Shown here: one piece after another, positions 7,000 to 15,083 of the stretch
How positions within the stretch are numbered: the first letter of the stretch is position 1
Layout: every line of letters starts with the position of its first letter
Virus record (IMG/VR): IMGVR_UViG_3300045988_102880
Coordinates: 1 to 45,006 of that record
Direction: 5' to 3' (one strand)
Source of the DNA: a virus
DNA length: 45,006 nucleotides
The notes under the pieces: model-generated
The model's database searches: none
Told to the model about the DNA's origin: nothing
What the model saw: only the letters and a program-made list of their open reading frames with translations
Made by a program: the position numbers and the translations under genes

Positions 7000-7028
7000 T
7001 TGAATTTTTTTCAATTCTGATGTAGAAT
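7000..7028 (+). promoter_or_regulatory. Repressor-side promoter candidate TTGAAT-17-TAGAAT
   Basis: ttgaat at 7000-7005 and tagaat at 7023-7028. AAGGAGGA follows at 7039-7046, before the ATG at 7053. Confidence 0.55.
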
Positions 7029-7052
7029 ATTACATGTAAGGAGGAAAGTGCA

Positions 7053-7421
7053 ATGACAAATGAAGATCAGAAAAGGATCTTCTCAAAAAATCTTTGCAGG
7101 TATGTTGCCGCAAGCGGAAAGCAGCAAAAAGAAGTCGCCAAAGAACTTGGAATAAATGCAACCACATTTAATATGTGGTGCACAGGGAAAGCAATTCCAG
7201 GAACCGGAAAGTTAGGAACTCTGGCGAAATATTTCAGAATTGGTCTTTCAGATTTGGTTAATGAAAAAACCGAAAAGGAATTTAATGCGGAGTTTTCTGA
7301 TGTGGTAATGAAAATTGGTCTGACAGATAAAAGATTCATGAATATTATTCTTGAATATGACAAGCTACCGACTGATAAAAAAGATTTGTTATGTGATTTT
7401 CTTGAGAAGTTTGTTTTCTAA
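7053..7421 (+). CDS. CI-like XRE-family HTH repressor (no S24 peptidase domain)
   Basis: FSKNLCRYVAASGKQQKEVAKELGINATTFNMWCTGKAIP is an XRE-type HTH. The gene is divergent from the cro-like gene. Confidence 0.8.
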   Translation: MTNEDQKRIFSKNLCRYVAASGKQQKEVAKELGINATTFNMWCTGKAIPGTGKLGTLAKYFRIGLSDLVNEKTEKEFNAEFSDVVMKIGLTDKRFMNIILEYDKLPTDKKDLLCDFLEKFVF

Positions 7422-7428
7422 GGCACAT

Positions 7429-7451
7429 GGGCAGGAACTACTTTCCTGCCC
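7429..7451 (+). terminator. Hairpin terminator after the repressor gene
   Basis: gggcagga-actact-ttcctgccc followed by attcttcttt. Confidence 0.55.
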
Positions 7452-7554
7452 ATTCTTCTTTATACCCTCTTTTCACAAACCAATAAATAAGATTCAGTAT
7501 TTTTTCACTATTTATCTTCTGCACCATGTCAATGATTTCTTTCTTGTAGTCCAT
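7438..7554 (-). CDS. Possible micro-protein, 38 aa
   Basis: AGGAGGGAACAC precedes the ATG. Translation is MDYKKEIIDMVQKINSEKILNLIYWFVKRGYKEEWAGK. It is below the ORF-track size cut-off. Confidence 0.35.
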   Translation of the reverse strand: MDYKKEIIDMVQKINSEKILNLIYWFVKRGYKEEWAGK

Positions 7555-7670
7555 GTGTTCCCTCCTATCAAAAGTAGCAGATGTATATTGTTTTACTTAA
7601 TCTTTACTAAAATTATATTATGTGATATGCTAAATTATACCAAAAATTATATATCGAGGAGGTATGTGTT

Positions 7671-8327
7671 ATGGCACTTACAAATTGCCCGGAGTGTGGT
7701 AAGGAGATCTCCGATCAGGCAGACAAATGCCCGAATTGCGGGGCACCTACACGCAAAGAAGCGGAGGAAAAGAGCACTAAAAAGAAGACACGTGGTTGTC
7801 TAGGCACTGTTCTTATAGTGTTTGCACTGCTTATTTTGATTGGAGCGTTTGGATCTATGCTGTCGTCTGACGATAAGCCCACAAAAGTAGACAGCGGAGA
7901 TTCAGCGGAAGCCACAGAAGAGGAAAAGACAGAATTTGCAGTCGGGGAAACAGCAAGTCTGAATGATGTGGAAGTTACGCTTGTATCAGCAGAGGAATCT
8001 AACGGTACGCAATTTCTGGCACCAGAAGCTGGCAACATTTATATCAATCTGTCATTCGAGATTACCAACAATTCAGACAGGGATATCACAGTCAGCTCCA
8101 TGCTCAACTTCGAAGCATACTGCGATGATTATTCTGTAAATCAGAGTATTTCTGGAGCAGCATCCAATAGTAACGGAAAAGTTACACTTGATGGAAATGT
8201 TGCATCCGGGAAGAAAATGAACGGGATCATAACTTATGAAGTTCCTGAAGATTACCAGAGATTGGAAGTATCATTCACACCGGATTTCTGGAAGAGCAAA
8301 GATATCAAATTTGTAGTCACGAAATAA
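7671..8327 (+). CDS. Zinc-ribbon / TM / DUF4352-type exported protein (prophage accessory)
   Basis: CPECGKEISDQADKCPNCG, then TM LGTVLIVFALLILIGAFG, then a DUF4352-like beta domain (VEVTLVSAEE..IYINLSFEITNNSDRDITV..GIITYEVPED). Confidence 0.7.
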   Translation: MALTNCPECGKEISDQADKCPNCGAPTRKEAEEKSTKKKTRGCLGTVLIVFALLILIGAFGSMLSSDDKPTKVDSGDSAEATEEEKTEFAVGETASLNDVEVTLVSAEESNGTQFLAPEAGNIYINLSFEITNNSDRDITVSSMLNFEAYCDDYSVNQSISGAASNSNGKVTLDGNVASGKKMNGIITYEVPEDYQRLEVSFTPDFWKSKDIKFVVTK

Positions 8328-8334
8328 TAAAAAA

Positions 8335-8356
8335 GCTCCCTGCGCCAACAGGGAGC
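8335..8356 (+). terminator. Hairpin terminator (a second hairpin follows at 8360-8377)
   Basis: gctccctg-cgccaa-cagggagc sits directly after the stop codon. Confidence 0.5.
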
Positions 8357-8494
8357 CGACTGCACACCAAGGTGCAGTGTATTACCTACACCCATATATT
8401 ACCACCTGGAATGCAGTCACGCAAGAGATAATGTCAAGAATTGTCGAAAAAAGTCGGCTGTATTTTTTATGCCCAAAAACAGGAGGTAAACGGG

Positions 8495-9628
8495 ATGGCA
8501 AAGAAAAAATATACAATGGGAGCAGATGGATATTACCGGACGAAGGTATGGGACGGAACCTACAACAAAGACGGCACGAAGCACCGGCAGAACCTGTGCA
8601 GTAAGAAGTCCAGCAAGGATCTGGAGAATCAGGTGGAAGCATTCAAGAAGCAAGTGGAAGAATCGCTGCGGAAAGGACAGATAGCTACACAGGCAAGTGA
8701 TATGTCCGTGTACGAATACGCACAGCAATGGAAGAAAACCTTTAAGCAGACAAGGGAAGCGAACACACAAGCTATGTATGAGAATATCATCGAGAAGAAG
8801 ATCGTTGCCCTGTCTGGAGTAAAACTGTCGGAAGTATCCCGTATCCACTTCCAGCAACTGATAAATAATAATGCGGATCACCCGCGCACCTGCCAGCAGA
8901 TCCAAGTCACATTTAAGCAGATCATAAAGAGTGCGATCTGGGACTCTCGCTTGCCTGCAGAAGCCTATGACCGTATCTGTTCGGAGATTTCTGCACCGGA
9001 ATATAAAGCACCGAAGAAGCGGCCGCTGACAGCTCTGGAGAAGGAAGCAATCAAAAAGGCAGACTTCACGGACCGGGAACGCTGCTACGTGTATCTGATC
9101 TACGGTCTGGGACTGCGCCGAGAGGAGGCTCTGGCACTCTGCCGGACAGACATCAACTTGCAGACCCGGAAAATCCGGGTGCATACGGCAGTCACCTTTG
9201 TCAGAAATGATCCGATTGAGAAGGGTCCGAAGTCGGATAACGGATACCGTGAGATCCCAATGCCAGATTTCCTCTGCCAGTTTCTGAGCGAGTACCTACA
9301 CGGTAAGAACGGATATCTGATCCAGAAGGTTCGGGGCGGTGGCAAGCTGACAAAATCATCATTCCGGCGCATGTGGGATTCTATCCGGGACAAAATCAAC
9401 ATTGCCGCTGGTGGAAATTCGGTGGTTGATATGGTTCCAGGTCTGACCTCTCATGTGTTCCGGCACAACTTCTGCACGGAGCTGTGCTACCAGGTCCCGA
9501 AGATCTCCATCAAAAAGATAGCGGAGATCATGGGAGACACGGAGAAGATGGTTATGGACGTGTACAGTCACATCCAGGAAGACAAAGAAAAGACCGCTGA
9601 AGCCGTGGAATCTGCCATTGGATTTTAG
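8495..9628 (+). CDS. int: Tyrosine integrase
   Basis: AGGAGGTAAACGGG precedes the ATG. N-terminal arm-binding-like YYRTKVWDGTYNKDGTKHRQ. Catalytic signature LGLRREE...SHVFRHNFCT...MVMDVYSH. Confidence 0.9.
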   Translation: MAKKKYTMGADGYYRTKVWDGTYNKDGTKHRQNLCSKKSSKDLENQVEAFKKQVEESLRKGQIATQASDMSVYEYAQQWKKTFKQTREANTQAMYENIIEKKIVALSGVKLSEVSRIHFQQLINNNADHPRTCQQIQVTFKQIIKSAIWDSRLPAEAYDRICSEISAPEYKAPKKRPLTALEKEAIKKADFTDRERCYVYLIYGLGLRREEALALCRTDINLQTRKIRVHTAVTFVRNDPIEKGPKSDNGYREIPMPDFLCQFLSEYLHGKNGYLIQKVRGGGKLTKSSFRRMWDSIRDKINIAAGGNSVVDMVPGLTSHVFRHNFCTELCYQVPKISIKKIAEIMGDTEKMVMDVYSHIQEDKEKTAEAVESAIGF

Positions 9629-9674
9629 GACAAAATCTGGACATTCGGGTTAAAAAGGACACGATCAGGACATC
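9627..9674 (+). repeat. Arm-type integrase-site candidates, P arm (two dimers of AGGACA)
   Basis: AGGACAaaatctGGACAT at 9627-9644 and AGGACAcgatcAGGACAT at 9656-9673. Confidence 0.45.
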
Positions 9675-9767
9675 TACTTTCGCTTATTTTGTGTTACTTA
9701 AAGCACTTTCAAAATTGTAATTTCAGGGATTTTCAAGACGCGAAAAACGTTTAGAATACAAGAAAAA

Positions 9768-9803
9768 ACCGCCATTCAGAGGTTTTCTGAGTGACGGTTT
9801 TTT
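9768..9803 (+). terminator. Rho-independent terminator downstream of int
   Basis: 13-bp stem accgccattcaga / tctgagtgacggt (one mismatch, one wobble) followed by TTTTTT. Confidence 0.75.
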
Positions 9804-9806
9804 GTG

Positions 9807-9857
9807 TGAGGCATCGGGGATTCGAACCCCGGACAACTTGATTAAAAGTCAAGTGCT
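9807..9857 (-). other. attP core: 3' half of a tRNA-Lys(UUU) gene (anticodon arm, T arm, acceptor 3' strand)
   Basis: Minus strand reads cttga-cTTTTaa-tcaag gttgtc cgggg-ttcgaat-ccccg atgcctc a. There is no D arm or 5' acceptor strand upstream. Confidence 0.75.
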
Positions 9858-9904
9858 TAAAACACCATTTTCGTCCGAAATATCAACGTTTTTGACGATT
9901 GGCG

Positions 9905-9923
9905 AGGACAAAATAAGGACATC
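9905..9923 (+). repeat. Arm-type integrase-site candidate, P' arm
   Basis: AGGACAaaataAGGACATc, same orientation and about 11-nt spacing as the two P-arm dimers. Confidence 0.45.
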
Positions 9924-10012
9924 TCAAATCTTTAATGTTTGTGATTATATCGCATTATAGATGATATGTCAATCAGAGTTTATTCCCTATTGTAATGACC
10001 TGCACCATAAAA

Positions 10013-10726
10013 TTATGCCTGCACAACTACTGCGTCAAAGCCTGCTTTCTTCAGTTTGTCAGCCTGTGCCTGTGCATTTTCTTTTTTGCTGTACGCACCT
10101 ACTTGAACACGGTACAGAGCTTTTCTGTCACCCGTGGAAGTTTCCTCGCCCTGTTCTGCTTTATCCGTTTCCGGTGTAATCTGCACGCGCTCTCCGGTGA
10201 TTCCATACACGATAGCATCAGCCATCTCCTCATAGGAATACAGCTGCACATCATCCTTGTCGTCCACAAAGCAGCACTCCAACAGCAGTGCCGGTGCCTT
10301 ACTTTTTTTAAGCACATACAGTTTCTGACTGATCTTCACACCACGATTTTTAAAGCCAAGATTGCTGATTGCCTGGCAGATCTTCTCAGCAAACGCTTTT
10401 GCCTTACTTGTCGCAGAATAAACATAGCACTCTACACCAGTGGTCTTACCGTTTCCACCTTTATCGCCTGCTCCAGAGTTGAAGTGAATGGAAACATCCA
10501 GATCTACTGCATGGGCATTGCATTTCGCAATGATCTTTTTCAGCACATCGACCTGCCCTGTACCGTTATCGACCGTGCAATCATAAACGATGTGACCAAG
10601 CTGCCGAAGCTTACTGATCACCTCATCTTTTACTCGTCTGGCCTCGGTTGACTCATTGATAAGACCTACTGCTCCGCAAGCTACCTTTCCAGCCGGATTA
10701 TGTCCAGCATGTACATTGATTCTCAT
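10013..10726 (-). CDS. Endolysin: N-acetylmuramoyl-L-alanine amidase (Amidase_3-like) with a C-terminal SPOR domain
   Basis: MRINVHAGHNPAGKVACGA...DLDVSIHFNSG...LLLECCFVDDKDD, then RVQVGAYSKKENAQAQADKLKKAGFDAVVV. Confidence 0.85.
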   Translation of the reverse strand: MRINVHAGHNPAGKVACGAVGLINESTEARRVKDEVISKLRQLGHIVYDCTVDNGTGQVDVLKKIIAKCNAHAVDLDVSIHFNSGAGDKGGNGKTTGVECYVYSATSKAKAFAEKICQAISNLGFKNRGVKISQKLYVLKKSKAPALLLECCFVDDKDDVQLYSYEEMADAIVYGITGERVQITPETDKAEQGEETSTGDRKALYRVQVGAYSKKENAQAQADKLKKAGFDAVVVQA

Positions 10727-10818
10727 ACTCTTCCTCCTTGTATTTTGATAAAATTATTATGTGCTACAACTTAATTACCATAATACCCACTTTATAAGAT
10801 TTGAGAGGAGGATCGCAT

Positions 10819-11262
10819 ATGCAGAAAAAAGAACAATTTAAGAATGAAATTTTGTTAAAAATGAAATATCATCTTGGGAAAAATGAGCTGGCAATTCTGG
10901 ACGAAGCTCTGTCGGAGAGCCTGTACCAGGTAGACATCATAGACGCAATAACACTTCCGGCTACAGTTGCCGACAGCAATGAGCCACTGTTTACGCATAT
11001 TGTTGGAGACAAAAGTAAAGTGCTTGGAAAAGGTGGAATTTTCAAGGAGATCAAAGACATAGCCAAAAGATGCGGTATAAATAAAAGAGTGTATCCGCAG
11101 CTCTTTAGATCTACTACTGCAACAAATATTGTGCGGCGCGGTGGTACGGCTGATGATTCCGGTTGTTATCTCGGACACAAAGGATCTGATGTAACAAGAA
11201 GACATTACATTGCGGAGAAAAATCCAAGAATTGTATTCTTCAGATTTGTGTATTCGATGTAG
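10819..11262 (+). pseudogene. Degenerate tyrosine-recombinase remnant (catalytic residues lost)
   Basis: C-terminus RVYPQLFRSTTATNIVRRG...YLGHKGSDVTRRHYI mimics the HxLRH...LGH...Y box, but H-x-x-R-H has become Q-L-F-R-S-T. At 147 aa it lacks most of the catalytic domain. Confidence 0.55.
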
Positions 11263-11420
11263 CTCTGCAGGGCGGATTTCTCCGCCCTAACTGTGAACTA
11301 AATGAGAAGTTTCGATAGCATTATTCTCAGATCCGACAGTCCTCTATTATTTTTTAATACGCTCATGATATCCTCCCGCTCTATCTTCCAACCGCCCCAT
11401 AAAGGGGCGAGATTGGAAGA

Positions 11421-12347
11421 TCAAGCGATAATGAAGCCGGGGGCTACGCCATAGGAGGCGGCTGCGCCACCGCCATCTCTGCTGGTATAGCCGTCTCTGC
11501 TGACAAGGCAGAAGTTGGTGTCGTTAAAGGCATACGGGGATGCCAACCACCAGTTCACACGAGAACCACTTGCTGCAGCTCCTTTCCCAAGCCCTTTGAC
11601 GATATGACGGTATGAATGGGCAAAAATCGGAAGCTGGATGCCTCCGCCATCAAAACCATCAGACCAGTTATTTCTGCCAAAAACTTCTGTTTCCTGAAGT
11701 AGCCACAGTTTTCTAGATGCCCATGCCCAGCCGCTTTTGTTATTATCCATTCTCCGAACTTCTTTCATTACTGATTTGAGATCAGCAGGCAAGGTGTTGT
11801 AAATGGTTGTATTGACCGTTTTTGCCAAAGCCGAAGAAGCGTATCCTCCGGTGTTGGTGTGGCTGGAGTTCATCTGATACGTTGTCTTCAGACAATCTCG
11901 GAACGTAAAATACAAATGCGGATCAGTTAGAATGTCTGAATCACCTACATTCATGTAGGTATTAAATCCTGAAAGATCCACCCGTACATCTTCACCGGTT
12001 GAAAGAACAATGTCCTTGTAATCTCCGATATGTAACCCGGAGAAATCCTCTGTCTTAATCTTGGCAGATAATTCAGCCCACGACATTGTGATCTCTTTTC
12101 CGTAGCTGTAAGTAGCTGCTCCAAGTAGAGGACCATTGATATTCTCATTTAGTTCACTAAATCCATTTGCGACTCGATTCTCAAAATCGTTCATATTTTC
12201 TGCAGAAAAAGCGTCACCTTCTTCCGAAATCATTCCTTCAGATCTGGCAACAGTCACCAACTCAGATGTTCCATCTGTTTTTGTGAGTGATCTTCGTGTT
12301 GGAAATTCGCTGATACGGTCTTTCCAAATTTTTTTAATAAATCCCAT
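11421..12347 (-). CDS. Tail fibre / receptor-binding protein candidate
   Basis: Last gene of the tail module, 308 aa, followed by a long imperfect hairpin at 11384-11420. Confidence 0.55.
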   Translation of the reverse strand: MGFIKKIWKDRISEFPTRRSLTKTDGTSELVTVARSEGMISEEGDAFSAENMNDFENRVANGFSELNENINGPLLGAATYSYGKEITMSWAELSAKIKTEDFSGLHIGDYKDIVLSTGEDVRVDLSGFNTYMNVGDSDILTDPHLYFTFRDCLKTTYQMNSSHTNTGGYASSALAKTVNTTIYNTLPADLKSVMKEVRRMDNNKSGWAWASRKLWLLQETEVFGRNNWSDGFDGGGIQLPIFAHSYRHIVKGLGKGAAASGSRVNWWLASPYAFNDTNFCLVSRDGYTSRDGGGAAASYGVAPGFIIA

Positions 12348-12356
12348 GTCTTCCTC

Positions 12357-12824
12357 CTATAATAAAAATCCAAATTCGTCACCAGCATATATTTCAGATC
12401 CGGCATAATAATGGAAGTTATTTAATAATATTTGATAAATATCATCCAATATCTTTTCAATATTATTAACTTTCTGATAATCATTAACCGGTTTTTCTGG
12501 TACTGCAGGTGTGTCGGGATGGTATGCTCCTGCGTCTCTTATTGCCTTGACATTACTTAATAGATTCGCAAAATATGATTCATTAACCAACTCCGGTATT
12601 CCATCTGCATAAGTGTCAAGTGACAGCTCTAATACATCGCTTAAAAGCTGAATGTTGTTCTCGATTCTCAGCAAATCCGATTCGTTAAGAGATCCCTTCA
12701 TACCTGCAAGCCACTCTGCCTTTTGTTCGTCCGTAAGGCTGTTCCAACCAGTTTGATTATAGAGCACAGCTTTGTCCACATCAGTCTGAGTCCGATCTGT
12801 CACTGCTTCTTGCCACAGATTCAC
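12357..12824 (-). CDS. Tail-tip accessory protein, 155 aa (GTG start)
   Basis: GGAGGGATACC precedes the GTG. C-terminus HYYAGSEIYAGDEFGFLL shares a motif with the end of the 577-aa tail protein. Confidence 0.55.
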   Translation of the reverse strand: MNLWQEAVTDRTQTDVDKAVLYNQTGWNSLTDEQKAEWLAGMKGSLNESDLLRIENNIQLLSDVLELSLDTYADGIPELVNESYFANLLSNVKAIRDAGAYHPDTPAVPEKPVNDYQKVNNIEKILDDIYQILLNNFHYYAGSEIYAGDEFGFLL

Positions 12825-12939
12825 GGTATCCCTCCACTTCTTCTTCCAACTCCATATTTTTCTTTTTTAATTCCTCGTTTTCCTGCTGCAACTTTTTGAC
12901 AATTGCAGTCCAATATGGATTGATCGGGTCAAGATTCAT
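12781..12939 (-). CDS. Possible coiled-coil micro-protein, 52 aa
   Basis: ATGA overlap with the stop of the 577-aa gene. Translation begins MNLDPINPYWTAIVKKLQQENEELKKKNMELEEEVEGY. The 3' end overlaps the next gene. Confidence 0.35.
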   Translation of the reverse strand: MNLDPINPYWTAIVKKLQQENEELKKKNMELEEEVEGYRESVARSSDRSDSD

Positions 12940-14669
12940 AGCAAAAAATCACCTCCAGCATACAGTTCCGATCCTGTATAGTAAAATGTTGTAACAACGG
13001 TATTATATCCTCTGCATGTAGCAATTCCAATAAATCCTCCAGTCAAGTCGATATCCTGGGATTCCAATAATGTAGTAGACACCATTCCTTTTGTGTCTTT
13101 TACATTAAGCCAATTCCCGACCTTTTCAGTATCCACAAAAAATTGCATTTCTAACTTCTTGCGAAGCTGTAAATAGGATAAAAGAGATTCTAGTTTTTCG
13201 GTAATCTGATCAGAATTGTAAAGAGTAATTGTCCCATACTCTTTTATATTCTCTGTTTCTCCGCCCTTTACAACGTTAGACAACATTTTTTTAAATGTGT
13301 TTTTTTCATACTGTTTCCCAGTAATCGTACATTTACCGGCTGCATCCATATTGATAACAGCGTAATTATGTTTCGCCTCACGCAAAGATCCACCTGATAC
13401 GGAGACAGTCGCCGGATCACACGGAGAGGAAAATTCAACTGTGGATACTCCCGCTGGCAGATCATCGTCATAAAGGTTCTGCGCATCGCTTTGAAGTAGG
13501 TATGTTGCGCTTTCTATTGAGACACCACTGACATAATCATCAAGCTCTATTGATGTTGTACCATATATTTTTCTGTCAGGACCAACTTCTTCTGTTACAT
13601 ATCGTGTAGGCTTATAAACCCTTATAGTGTCAGATCGGCTGTCGTCCGCAAGTGCACTAATAGCAAAGCATACCATTTTCAAAGCTTCTCTGCAGGTTTG
13701 GATTTCCAAATGGCCAGACAGCAATATATCATATAAGTCAGAGTCGATCTCATATTTATCAATTCCTGCTGCAACAAATATGGACTCCATTATTTTCCCA
13801 GCTTTTGCATTTTTATACACTTCTCCATTTCTAAATATGTATCTGTCCATTTTACCAACAGAATCTATCAGCGAAAAAGTCGCTATGTTATCGCTAAATT
13901 TTTGCTCATCAATATAATACGTTCCCATTTCGATTTCTTTGCCGTCTTTAGTCTGTGTCAACCAGATTGGTTGATCTCGCTGTACACTTTTCCACGATCC
14001 TTCTGCATTAGCTATGTCAAAATCATACCGTTCATCGTGTATACTTATTTCTGCCGTGTTTATTGCAAGCGTATCAGATGTCTCGTCCACTTCTTCATGT
14101 ACACTGGCAGACATTATAAGTGCATCTGTCCATTCCAGATATTCACCATACAAAATATACTGTAATTTTATATAGCGATCCGGCAATTTAGTTTTTACAA
14201 ACTTAATTATAATTTTTCCGTAATTTTCAACTTGCTTTTTGCAAAAATATATTAAACTATCTGGGCAAAAGGTCTTATTTGTAATTTTTATTCCTGCAAG
14301 ATCATACCATGTTATATCGATTTCCTCTGGATACTCATCAGAAAAATATAAAGTTATACCTGCAGACGAATGGTTTTTTGTAAATGTTACCGTTATTACT
14401 GGTACATTCAAAAAGGCGCAATCGTCTCCAGATTTTTCCGAACTCCAAAATGCAACATTTTCCGGTACATCCGGCATGATTTCTTTTTCTCCATTTAAGA
14501 CAAATTGGTTCTTCTCGATGGTTCCCCAATCTGGAATAGAGATAAAATCATCTTTTTCAAATGGTTCCAGCGATCCTATTTCCTGTTTTCCAGAGATGGC
14601 AAGGTTTGCATCTGCTATTGCCGTAACATCTGAAAACCTCATTCTTGCAAAGCAACTTGTTTTTGCCAT
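12936..14669 (-). CDS. Tail-tip / baseplate minor structural protein, 577 aa
   Basis: Large ORF two genes after the tape measure gene, placed by position in an A118/SPP1-like tail module. Confidence 0.6.
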   Translation of the reverse strand: MAKTSCFARMRFSDVTAIADANLAISGKQEIGSLEPFEKDDFISIPDWGTIEKNQFVLNGEKEIMPDVPENVAFWSSEKSGDDCAFLNVPVITVTFTKNHSSAGITLYFSDEYPEEIDITWYDLAGIKITNKTFCPDSLIYFCKKQVENYGKIIIKFVKTKLPDRYIKLQYILYGEYLEWTDALIMSASVHEEVDETSDTLAINTAEISIHDERYDFDIANAEGSWKSVQRDQPIWLTQTKDGKEIEMGTYYIDEQKFSDNIATFSLIDSVGKMDRYIFRNGEVYKNAKAGKIMESIFVAAGIDKYEIDSDLYDILLSGHLEIQTCREALKMVCFAISALADDSRSDTIRVYKPTRYVTEEVGPDRKIYGTTSIELDDYVSGVSIESATYLLQSDAQNLYDDDLPAGVSTVEFSSPCDPATVSVSGGSLREAKHNYAVINMDAAGKCTITGKQYEKNTFKKMLSNVVKGGETENIKEYGTITLYNSDQITEKLESLLSYLQLRKKLEMQFFVDTEKVGNWLNVKDTKGMVSTTLLESQDIDLTGGFIGIATCRGYNTVVTTFYYTGSELYAGGDFLL

Positions 14670-14678
14670 TCTTGCCTC

Positions 14679-15083
14679 CTATGGTTTCTTGTATGGTTTC
14701 TTGCTTGTCATCTTCCATGTAAGGCTCTTAAATTCTGCCCCTGACTCAAATACTTTTTCGATTTCATCCGCGATACTGGAAAAATATCCATAAAAAGAGA
14801 AGTTTCCATTTGCATCTGGAAGAGTGACTTCGTGGAACCGGTTGTCTACATCTGTGATATGCTCAAATAGCTTGTCATAGGTTGCCTTATCATTTATCGT
14901 TCCAATGGATATTGTATAATTTTTATAAACTCCGATTGTCTCGATATGGACATCTCCGTCTTCTGTTCTGTTTGCGTACTTTTCCAAAAAGTCAGCGGTT
15001 CTTTTAATCGACACTAACGGGATGTTATAATTCACCCCGTCAATGACAAGCCCCCTTGTATATTTTTGCTCCATAAAATTCAC
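14679..15083 (-). CDS. Short distal-tail-like protein, 134 aa
   Basis: Immediately downstream of the tape measure gene (adjacent coordinates). Confidence 0.45.
   Translation of the reverse strand: MNFMEQKYTRGLVIDGVNYNIPLVSIKRTADFLEKYANRTEDGDVHIETIGVYKNYTISIGTINDKATYDKLFEHITDVDNRFHEVTLPDANGNFSFYGYFSSIADEIEKVFESGAEFKSLTWKMTSKKPYKKP

Noticed and set aside
7351-7803. Listed 150-aa plus-strand ORF bridging the repressor 3' end and the zinc-ribbon gene
   Set aside because: It crosses a terminator hairpin, overlaps two better-supported genes, and is AT-rich low-complexity.
8417-9184. Listed 255-aa minus-strand ORF
   Set aside because: It lies entirely antisense to the well-supported integrase gene and has a Cys/Leu-rich low-complexity translation and no RBS.
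9807-9857. Possible intact tRNA-Lys gene
   Set aside because: Only the anticodon arm, T arm and 3' acceptor strand are present. The sequence upstream on that strand (…aatggtgttttaa) cannot form a D arm or 5' acceptor strand, so I interpret it as the attP core.
9995-10651. Listed 218-aa plus-strand ORF
   Set aside because: It is antisense to the amidase endolysin, whose translation has clear catalytic and SPOR motifs.
11384-11420. Long hairpin after the tail-fibre gene and GC hairpin at 11269-11288 as rho-independent terminators
   Set aside because: Both are good stems, but neither is followed by a U-tract on either strand. They are recorded only as hairpins flanking the integrase remnant.
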